Assembly (NCBI RefSeq): GCF_009914755.1
Contig: NC_060932.1
Reading direction: 5' to 3' (one strand)
DNA from: the human T2T-CHM13v2.0 reference genome, Homo sapiens
DNA length: 64,000 nucleotides
Each line of letters opens with the position of its first letter. Positions within the stretch are counted from its first letter, which is position 1. Positions 53,392 to 64,000 of the stretch are shown here, piece after piece. The notes under the pieces are model-generated. The model saw only the letters and a list, made by a program, of their open reading frames with translations, was not told where the DNA came from and searched no databases. The position numbers and the translations under genes are program-made.

Positions 53392-55772
53392 AAACACACT
53401 CACCTCTAACCCCCTTAAATGATGGCCTGAAGTTGGTATTGAAATCCCCATTGAATTTAAAAGGGGAACCCAAACTCCAACAATTTACTGGAGGTCACAT
53501 GGCAGAGAGAGACAGCACTGGGGCAGGAAGCAAATCTTCTGTCCTTCCATTGTCTTTGTTTTATATGATGTGCTTCTCTGGCCACAACCCGGTGGGACCA
53601 TTAAATCTTTTGGGCACTCAGTGCTGGGAAAAAATCTCTTGCTGGACTCTTTCATATTTGAAATGAATCCCAATGGATAAGAAGTTTCATGTTTTGGGGC
53701 ATTTGTAAGTGAAGATATTCTAGGCTGATGGCAAAGTTAAGTTGTCATTCAACCTCTAAGTTAATGCTTAGAAGTTTTACTTGATGAACCAACGTATGGT
53801 CATTAAAAACTACAAAGTTTTCCTCCTCAAATGTGGCACTTAAGTGCTGTGTGACCTGATGTGTCCATGGTTCAATTTTCCAGCTGTAAAGCGGGGTTCA
53901 TAATACTTCCCAACTTTGTAGGGTTGTTGAGAGAGTTACACAAATATGTGTAAGGTACCTGGCATTGTACAAATATATGTGAGCCACATTGTCAGGCACA
54001 CTCAGGCTTTACGATTCTTGTTTATTTTGTATCTGTTATTTTTGTTTTCCTACAATTCACCATTCTGAATGGTAATTATCTGGCCCTAATAGACTAACAG
54101 GTCTTGGAGGGCAGGGAGCGTCTCATTCACTGCTATATCTCTAGTACCTGGAGGATAAAAAGTCTCAGAAAACAATCGTTTATTGAATGAGGGAATAAAT
54201 AAACATATGAATAGCTGTTTAATGTAGCCAATTAAAAAATAGGTAAAATATTTTCCATTACTTGTTTTCTTATTTGTGAAGAGTCATAATTTCTTCTGAC
54301 ACAGTAAAAAAAAAAAAATTAAAAAGCAAGAGGTAGATAACTTCTTAAAGTCTTGTCTTTTCAGTACTCATACATTGACCAATTCAAATTAAACTACTGA
54401 AGGTGACAGAGCCAGTGTTTACTGGCCAAATACTCTGCCATTAATTATTTCTATCGTATAGAATATTCCTTGATTGGGTATTAAAAAAAGAAGACAGAGC
54501 CTATGCTATATTCTCTGTTATATTCTGAACAGCTAAGAACTGTGCCTGCCACCCAGTAAGCACTCAATATTTAAATGAATAAAGATATTACTGCTAAGTG
54601 TTCTTTCATTTTGTTATAAGCTCATTTATAAGGTAGTTTAAATCCAAAACACTTTTTCCACCTATACCTGGACCTTAACATTGAGCCTCTAGTGTCACAG
54701 GCAAGAACCCAATAGAATTAAAAGGTTTTTGTTTGCACAAAGTTATTTGCCAGGATTACTAAGCAAACAGGAGAAATGGAACAAAAATGATAAAAACAAT
54801 TTGTGGTGCTTTCCTGTGGGATTTTTGGAGGTTTTTCAAAGCATGACTAGTGAGTAATGTAATTGACTTTTGGAGGAGAAGGGGAAGAAAAATGGGCACA
54901 TGATTATGGACTTTGTCTCCTGTGAGCTTTGTGGCTATATCCAGCCTTTGCAAAACATCACTTTTTTGGAATGGCCTGTAGCTAGGTACATAGGCCAATG
55001 GCATTCACTGGAAACACAGGGAACTTGGTCTTCCTCAGAAATGAGGGTTCATTACATAACAGAATCCAGGTGGCAGCACAGTCAAGGGACAGGGAGCAGT
55101 GGCTGAACTCAGGTGATCAGTCGTGGCACCTTAATTGCCTGGATCAGTAATGGACACAAATATTTAGGTAGCTGTTGGATTTCTCACAAGTAGAAGGACC
55201 ATAGCTCACAAAACAGGCTGACAGCTCATTCAGTTTGAGGTGAACATTATTGTTCCCATTGAACAGACGAGGAACCTGAACCCTGGAAATTATATTGAAC
55301 TTGCTTGAGGTTACTCCACTAGTTTACCCAGGTCCAAATTTTGAGTTTTCAGTATTGTGTCATGAGCTCTTTCCTTACAGAAAAAAACTAAATATCCTCA
55401 AGGTTGTTTAGCCACTAGCCCAGATATTGACAATGAGTCATTCTCTAATTACTGGTTTACTCTGAAGCTGGTTGTGCAGTGCAGCCTAGTGAGGGGATGC
55501 AGGATAGTTGATCCCAGGGGCTTTAAAACCCCTGGAATTTTAACAACTCACAAATATTGAGCACTTGCTAAGAGCAAGGTAGAACACTGAAGGCTCTATG
55601 TGCAGGAACTCCCCCAGTCATTGTAATAACTTTTTGAGATATGCATTGTTATCATCTCCATTTAATGTTGATTGAGACTGAGGCTCAGAGAAATTGACCT
55701 GCCCAAGTTTGCTCAGCTAGAAAGTAGAAGAGCTGAGCAGTGACTTCAGGTAGGTTGACCAATTCATCCTGG

Positions 55773-55959
55773 CTGTGCAGTTCTCAGAATGGTGTTAGGA
55801 CCAGCAGTATCGGCATCGATGGGTAAATTGTTACAGATGCAAATTCTTGGTTCCACTCCAGACCTACTAAATCAGAAACTCTGGCAGTGGAGCCCAGAAA
55901 TCTGAGTTTTAACAGTTTTCCTATAGGTCTTGTTGCATACTCAAGTTTGAGAACTTCTG
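55773..55959. mobile_element. MER5A hAT DNA transposon
   Basis: gaccagcagtatcggcatc...atgcaaattctt...ccagacctactaaatcagaaactctg...aagtttgagaac. Confidence 0.85.
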
Positions 55960-58484
55960 GACCATATTAAATCACTGTGCTTTCAGGGAAGAAAGGACTT
56001 ACACAGAGCACTGAGCATACCAGCGGAGCTTAGAGCCTTGGGAAGATGTTCTTCCAAAAGATGCTATTATTTTGGGCTTCTGGACCACAACTGAGGGAGT
56101 AGAGTGGAAGCAGAATCTCTTAAGAAAGAATATGTGATGGGAGGAGATGGTAGAAAGAGGTGACATCACAGCCACCTTCTGAGAATATGATGTGTTTATA
56201 GAACAGGTGTTGATTATCCACTAGACTCACTGAGGTCAAGTGACTTGGCCAAGGTTGGGTAATCAGTGACAAATGAATGGACTCAAACCCAGTCCCCTGG
56301 CTCCTCAGAGAGTATGTTAAAGCTACATTTCCTCACTAGAGTAGGGTGAGGCATAGAGGTTCAGTGAGCCTCTGAATCATGAGAACCTCTCCTCAGTAAC
56401 TGTCACAACTTCTGACTAGATGAGCTAGAATCAAAAGAAGAATTAAAAAGATAGTAATTTGGTGGTCCCAGGAGGGAGGGAAGACTAAGGGAAGAATTCA
56501 GAGAGAGGCACTAAGGAGGCGAGGATGTCTTCAAGGTACCACTCTGGAACCCATGACTGTCTCCTTATCTTGATCATCATTGTCACCATTTATTGGGTTG
56601 CACATGCTCTAGTATGTTACCAACCAGAAAATGCAACACAGGCGACCTTGAGTTTAATTCCCAACTTTGCCAGTGACCCCAAGCAGGTTATTGAGCTTCT
56701 CTGAGATTATTTCTTCATGTACAAAATGAAGATCATGAGAGTTCCAACCTCATGGGATTTGAGGGAAGTTTTAAAAGAAAGAATGTATGTAAAACCCCTA
56801 GTAGATTGTCTAGCTCATAATAGGTGCTAAATAAACATTCACTATGTTGTTGTTATTATCTTATCCAAAGGCTGGTTCACAGGACAAGGCAGCCATGGAC
56901 ATAAAAGGATGCCTCAGTGAGTGAGGATGATGATTTAGCTGTTTGTGGGCACATAAGTCTCCCACTATTTGTCCGTTCCCATTCTTATCTTTACTCCCTC
57001 ATCCACCACTTCTGTCCTCTCAGACCCTCACTCAGAGAGAGTGGTCTTAAGAAAGGACCCCTTTAATCTCTTGTTCCCAGAGAGGCCATGGGTGCATCTC
57101 ATCTGCTTCACTGTGTCACCCAACACTGTGTGCAGCGTCCAGGGCATCAGAAGCTCACTCACCTGGACACCAGCTGCCAGGAGGTGGCAGGTAGACGGAG
57201 AAGAATGTTTTCAAGGGATCTCATCTGAACATTCCTTCTGATTGATTGCTTAGCAGACTCGTGGCAAAACAAAGTTTTCTGGACCCTCTTACCTCCTTTG
57301 TCTACTTAAATGACAATAATATTTATTGATCAATTGCAATAGGCCAACCATTTTATGATATTTAAAAATGTTATTTCATTCAAATGTTGCAATGATATTT
57401 GTAAAGTGAGTATAATTATTTATACTCTATAAATGATGTAAACAGTAATAGATTTTGGAATCAGGATTTAAATCACATTTCTGGCTCCAATTTAGTTTAT
57501 CAGTTGATGTCTTAAATGGCTGCTTCCTCTTAAAAAAAATGAATATCTTGATAAAGAGGTCCCTTGGCAAGGCACATGGAGGAGTGTTTTTCAGGGAAGG
57601 GGCCTGATTCCCTCTAAATTACAGCCATCTTTCTGCTCATGCTGGTATGTGATTTGGCTCCTCTCCACTCCCTGACCATATCTTTGTGATTATGCCTTTT
57701 TACTTAGCCTTGAAAATGGGCAATAACTCTACTCCAAGTCAAATTAAGGGGTGGGCTAGACAGGAAGTTGCCAGAGGATTGATTCTATAATAGGCTCTGA
57801 GCCATCACTGGAAATTTAATGACATGGAACACAGTTTATTTATTAATATTTCTTCCATGGAGAATTCTGCTTGGAAAAATGTTTGATACGACACTGAAGG
57901 TGGAAAGAGGTGCCAACAGAGTTATCTTCTAGGGATAGTGGATCAGGTCAGTGCCAGGAAGATATGCAAGTCTGGGTCAGAGCTGAATTGTTTGAGAGGA
58001 CAGAGGGGAGGCTGAGGTTGCTACCAACAAGCTATTTTCTCTGATTTTCCCACACAGAATAGGTGGCCAAACAGTTAAACACATATTTCCTTGAAGGAGC
58101 ACTGAATCATTCCCCTGTCCAGGGTGCTCCCACCCCTGCATGGAGCCCTGACGCTGCTCAGAATGCTGCATAGGCCCTCCTACCCTCATATTCTTTTCTC
58201 TTTTTCCTTCTTTCTCTCCTTTTCTGGACATTGCTGTGCAGTGTTCCATTCTGATCTCCAGCTCTAGGTCATTTTCCACTACAGTACAGCATCTGCAGCC
58301 TGGACAAGAACAACAGTGTGTGAGGGGCAGTGGTGAGACCTGAAAGGCAGAAACAGAGGGCTGGGTTCCAGGACATTTCTAACATTAAGAAGAGGAGGCT
58401 GGGATTTGGAATCTCTTGCTCTGCCTCTGCCTACAAGCCTTGACCAAGATTCTTGGGCTCATCCATAAAACAATATGAAAAGTA

Positions 58485-58725
58485 AACATTGAGCACTTAA
58501 CTATATTCCAGGCACTATTCTCAGTGCTTCATGTGTTTATGCAAATAATTCTCATAATAACCCCACAATATAATTACTGTCATAATCCCCACTTTAAACA
58601 TGAGAAAATGGAGGCACAGAGAGGTTGAGTAACTTGTTCAAGTTCACACATCTAGCAAATAGGGCTCAAATGCAAGCACTTTGGTGCCAGAAGTTTCATT
58701 CTTAACCGCTTTGTGATACTGCCTC
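58485..58725 (-). mobile_element. MIR SINE
   Basis: attgagcacttaactatattccaggcac...gagaaaatggaggcacagagaggttgagtaacttg. Confidence 0.8.
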
Positions 58726-59230
58726 TCTGAAAGGGACAAAAAGCAATGGTGAAGGTGAAATGAAGTCATGTATCTAAAATCTTTTTGGAAATTGAAGTTG
58801 TTTGACTGTGAGTATTATTATTAGCCCTCCCCACCGCCTACATCTCTGCTATTGGCAGAAATAAAAATGTGCATCTAGAGATGCCTAGAAGGGAACGGAA
58901 CTCACCCAGATGGTGCATGTAGATGGAGAAGGGGCTACCCCTTTTGCCAAAGAGTGAAGAGAGATTCGAGTGTTGCTCACGACTGTGTTCTCTTTATTTA
59001 GCCCATGCCCAAGGCACAGTAGAGCATCAGGTAATATTCATTAAATAAGTCTAGGTTTGAATCCTTGCTCTGTCTATTACCTTTGGTGAGTTATTGAAGT
59101 TTTCTAAGCTTCACTTTGCTTTCATTTTGGAAATAAGGATTTGGGTACCTACTTCAGAGGTCATGAGGCCTAAATCTAGATAAATGTAGATTTTGAATAA
59201 CTGATAATTGCTAATATTATTTTACTAGAC

Positions 59231-59456
59231 CAGTGGCCAACAATCTTTTCCTGTAAATGACCAGGTATAAAAAATATTTTAGACTTTGCAGAGTAGACTG
59301 TCCCTGTCACAGAAACTCAATGCTGCCATTGTAGTGTGAACACAGTCATAGACAATTAATAAGCAAATAGGTATGGCTGTGCTGCAATAAAACTTTATTT
59401 ACAAAAAGAGGTGGCAGATGTGAAGTGGCCCTTGGTTTGTAGTTTGCTGACCTCTG
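59231..59456. mobile_element. MER58A hAT DNA transposon
   Basis: ttcctgtaaatgaccagg...ctgccattgtagtgtgaa...caataaaactttatttacaaaa...tagtttgctgacctctg. Confidence 0.88.
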
Positions 59457-62400
59457 CATTCTATGGTCTGAGCAGTGTGAATCTGAAAGGTGCTAAGCCA
59501 TATTAACAGGCTGAAAATGTTCTTGAACTTCCTAGGCAGATCTCATCTCTTCATTCCTTTCCAGCGTTAAGGAATGAGCAATATTTTCCTGGCAGAGACA
59601 GTGTGCTTGCAGGGGAATCTGTTCTCGGAGTTTGTGTTTGTTTGTAATATTTCTTTAACAAGTGTGAGTGGTGAGAGCCCTTCCTCCCACATATTTTCCT
59701 TCTAACTCCTTGTTTCCTGGTAACTGCACCTTCTCCACATACCTCTAGAGCTAGTCTGTGGTGAGAACACATAGAATTTGGGAGGCTGGAACTTTGCTTG
59801 ACTCCCAAATAGAACCTTAGTAAGATGGTATATTTATCTAGAATAAGTGATGTGCTGAAAAATATATTAAAAAGATGGTCCTTTAAAAAAATGTGGTGGG
59901 GTCTTGGAAAAAGAACAAGGTAAAAATATTATATTTTATATGTTAAAGAGAATGAACCAAATGTGCTTTGGGGTGTAGCGGAAGAGAGAACATCAGTAGT
60001 TTTTTTAGTGTTTACTGTTTCTCAATTATCTAAAAGGGGCCTGAGACACCACAGTTGATGGTTCATCCAGAACCACATGGGATGGGTAACTGTGGCTCCC
60101 CATGGGAACATCAAGGGGCTGTTAACACAAGAAGGAGGAAGGATGATAGAGATGTAAAAACTGCATTGGGTTTAGGTAAATACGAGGTGGCTGCCCAATC
60201 TCACTTTTTTGAACATCTGTTTGCTCTCCTGTGCAAATGAAAATAGATAATGTGAAAAGCACTTGGCCCATTGCCTGGCACAAAACAGATCTAGAATAAG
60301 TGGATACTATAAGTTTTCATTTTGTTCACTGATATTATTAATAAAACCTGACAGGTATTAAATCTTCACATGCATTAGGCCTCTCTGAGCTGATCACATA
60401 CTTGCTGGATTCCAATGCATGTCACCTTTCGATGTCATCGAGGACCTACATCCTGTATATCTTTCTGTTCTTCCATTCTTCAAGTTTCAGCAATGTTTCT
60501 CCTCATGGTTGCAATATGGCTGCCTCACCCCCAAGCATTCTGTCCTCTCAGAACATCATGTCCGACAAGAAGAAAGGGGGAGGGCTGACAAAAAGGGCCT
60601 CTTCTCCTATGCTTTTCTTTCTATCTGCGAGGCAAATATTTCCAAGAAGGCCCCTTTCAGACTTTCTCTTACATACCATTGACCAGAAGTGTGTCACATA
60701 TCCAGCTGTAAACAAATGGCTGGCAAAATGAGTGGGTAACCAGGGTTGGCTGAGAAGACTCAGGATAGACCCATGGGACCGAAACAAGGAAGGCCACTGG
60801 GTATGCAGGGTCTGATGAAAAAGGTACTTCCTTTCTCATCCCTCCCTTTACCTCAAGAAACAAGTATGCTGTTTTCATCAGTTCCTAACACAGTGCCTGG
60901 CCTAAAATGGCACTCAGTTTATATTTGTTGGGGATAAATAATGACTAAATAAATCATGAATAGAATGTTCTTCTTTTTGCCTTTTTTCCATCTAGAATTC
61001 TGATTTCCTCTTTTCCGAGTCTGGGGTAGGCAGCCATGGAGCTATTCTTCCAGTCTGACAATGACTCTTTCTAAATTTGGTAACATGGGAAGAATTGAAT
61101 ATGGCCTGTCACACTGTCCACATTCAGCCTTTGATATGAGTTGGTCAGTGTGGTCAAAGACAGACCAGCATGGGTGAGGCTGATGGTAAACTCAAGGGTT
61201 GCATGCACAGACATGATCAAGACCTTTCTAAGCAAGATTGGAAGTCAGGATAATCTTGTTCCCTTTAATCATCTCTTTGGGCAGTTTCCTATGGCTTTTC
61301 AAGCTCCCCTGTTAGAATGTGAACAAAATAACAGGGATCTGCAGAGAAAAACCTTAAAAGAAATGATTTGAAATGCACTAAGCACCTTGGAAGCATTAGT
61401 TGTCAAGCCTTTAATGAGATAATTATAAATGTCCTCTATGTAGCGCATAGCTCAAATGGTCTACAATGCCTTTTTAGGTATCACTTTGTTGATCTAGTTT
61501 GAATGAAGCACTGGAAAATATTTCTTTAAATACATGGCTATTCTGGATTATTTGTGGTTTCAGTCTTGTTTACCCACACTGCTAGGCCAAAATGAGGATT
61601 TTTGTGCTCAAATCTGGAATCCCAGGCGAAGAAGACAGAATGGCAGAGTGGTTGTCTAATCTGACTTGAATCTGATTGCTATCACTTATTAGTGTGACAC
61701 ACTGGGCAAATGGCTTAATGTCTCCAATGTCAATGTCTCAGTTTCCTCATCTGCAAAACTGGGCAATAATCGATGGTGGTTCTGGCATGGTGTATGGCAC
61801 ATTGTAAGGGTGAAATAAATGCTATTTTTAATGGCTTTTGATAACATGTTACATTCTTCAGTTTGTCATTGAAATGCATACTTAACAACTGTAGTTGTCA
61901 TCTTTGAAAAATGGATTATGTCATGTGGATATCCCAACTTCAGCCCATCCAACAACAATCCGTCAATGTTGTAAGGAGGTTTCTGTAGTCTTGGAATGGT
62001 TCTAGGCACCGGGATTATATTGAACAACTGATGATGCCTCATGCCGCTGAAGACTTTGACCAGACAATTAAGGTGGTTTAAAAACACCCAAGAAATAGAT
62101 ATTTCTTTACTATGCAGAAATGAGTTTCTTTAGGTTCAATGGACTGATTATGTTACTCAAAATAGATACTTCAGGTTTCTTGATTGTGTCCTGCAGTTGG
62201 TGTGAAACATGAAGTCATGTAACACTGCAGCGTGGAGTGCCTATAAAATTAGGGGCTGGGCAATGTCAGTTTACCATACCTGTTTACTAACACATGGCAC
62301 TTCACACAAGTCATCTCACTGTTCTGGGACTCGGCTCTCTGGTCTCTAAAGTGAGCAAACACCCATTCATGTCGTTCAGCTGGTTATTCCAGAGTAAAAG

Positions 62401-62585
62401 ACAAAAATATTTTGTCATAGCAATTATTGCAGTTACTGTGGTATTTGAGGAGTTTTTTCAGAAGCCAGAAATTTCTTGGGCAAGGGGTATGAGAATCATT
62501 GTTTTTCTATTATTAATTCTTTCCAACTCTCTGAAGATGAGTTAAAAAAAACATCTTGATTATCTGAAAGTCTGAATGAACTAAT

Positions 62586-63548
62586 GTGGAAGTTTGGTAC
62601 TCTGAGAAGCACACACAGAGGGTAGGATTAGCTGTGCAGGAGATTTATTAGAGGAAACACCCATGAAGAAAGAGGAAGTAGAAGGCAGGGAGAGGCTTCA
62701 GACCTGCTGCAGGTCTTACACCTGTGAAAGGAGAGGAGGAGGAAAGAAAATTGAGTGGCAAAGAGTCTCAGATTGTAGTATGGCTCTAAATTCTAGAATT
62801 TGGCATGATCAGAGGGAGTTCTTGAGCCTGTCTGAACATTTTCATGCCTTAAAACAGGGGTCCCTGACCCCTGGGCCATGGACCTGTACTGGTCCATGTC
62901 CTGTTAGGAACAGGGCAGCACAGCAGGAGGTGAGTGGTGGCCCAGCCAGCAAAGCCTCATCTGTATTTACAGCTGCTCCCCATTGCTTGCATTACCTCCT
63001 GAGCTCCACCCTCTGTCATATCAGCAGTGGCATTAGATTCTCATGGGAGTGCGAACCCTATTGTGAACTGCGCACGTGAAGGATCTAGGTTGCACACTCC
63101 TTATGAGAATCTAATGCCTTATGATCTGTCCCTGTCTCCCCTCACTCCCAGATGGGATCATCTAGTTGCAGAAAAACAAGCTCAGGGCTCCCACTGATTC
63201 TACATTATGGTGAGTTGTATAATAATTTTATTATATATTACAATGTAGTAATAGTATTAGCAGAAATACAATGCACAATAAATGTAATGCAATTGAATAA
63301 TCTCAAAACCATCCCTTTGATCCCACAAGTCTGGAAAAATTGACTTCCATGAAACTGGTCCCTTGTGCCAAAAAGGCTGGGGACTGCTGCCTTAAGGAAT
63401 GGGCCCGGACCAGTCTCTTTGTGGTTTTTAGTCATTGGCTGGGGGCTGCCTACGGGAGGTGTGGCCGGGACATGAACACAGCAGATATCAGCAGCTGGGG
63501 CATTCATTCAGCTTCTCATGGCAAGAGATCTGAACAGTATATTTTCAT
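62586..63548 (-). mobile_element. ERVL solo LTR (LTR16-like), interrupted by MER1A
   Basis: tgcaggagatttatt...tgcaggtcttacacctgtgaaaggagag...agtctcaga; resumes tagtcattggctgggggctgcc. Confidence 0.7.
62855..63389. mobile_element. MER1A hAT-Charlie DNA transposon
   Basis: caggggtccc start, cattagattctcat...gaaccctattgtgaactgcgca, ends aaaaaggctggggactgctg. 8-bp TSD CCTTAAAA / CCTTAAGG. Confidence 0.92.
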
Positions 63549-64000
63549 GGCCAGGCCCTAAATTTCCTGAAGTTTTCTGTTTGGAACACAGACTTATTGA
63601 GTTTGAGAAAAACCCAGAACATGTGTGATGATAGAGATTTTTTTCACTCCAAATCAGTGTTTCATTCCTTCCTTTGATTTTCACTTCCTCCTCTGTTTCA
63701 GCTAGGCCAACCATGTTGAAAACCCCACCCAGGTTTGTAGAGTTCCTCATTTCACAATTAAAAAAAAAATCTCTATGTGAATAAGCCACTTGTACTTCCT
63801 TTGTTTTACCTGCACAGGGAGTTATGATTACTTTCTTGAGTTTCACAGGTTTTCTCCCTCCACTCCCTGGTGGCAAGGTCTTTGTTTTAGGATGATGACA
63901 TGTAATAGAAAAACCATATGTTTTGTTCCATGAGCAGGCACAAATAGTTGTGTGACCCTGGGCAAATTACACACCTCTAGGCCTAGGTTAACCCTTTTGT

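Overview
Primate (most likely human) non-coding genomic DNA, either intergenic or inside a large intron. I cannot identify the locus from sequence alone. No ORF in the supplied track resembles a real cellular protein; they come from simple repeats, Alu, L1 or LTR sequence, or chance. The window contains many interspersed repeats: nine full-length Alus plus a FLAM monomer, two 5'-truncated L1PA13-16-like copies, old L1M/L2/MIR/L3 fragments, MaLR/ERV1/ERVL solo LTRs and hAT DNA transposons. Several are nested, with visible target-site duplications (TSDs). Five observations stand out: (i) a near-perfect retrocopy of the BC200 (BCYRN1) small RNA at 14411-14578; (ii) a repeat-poor island at about 33.7-35.0 kb with dense TEAD, canonical NF-kB, AP-1, C/EBP and octamer motifs; (iii) an orphan CpG-rich patch at about 10.8-11.2 kb; (iv) an apparent local copy of ~190 bp inserted into the middle of a MIR; (v) two independent L1 copies truncated at essentially the same 5' position. 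Repeat subfamily calls rest on remembered consensus motifs and boundaries are approximate. All regulatory calls are motif-based inference.
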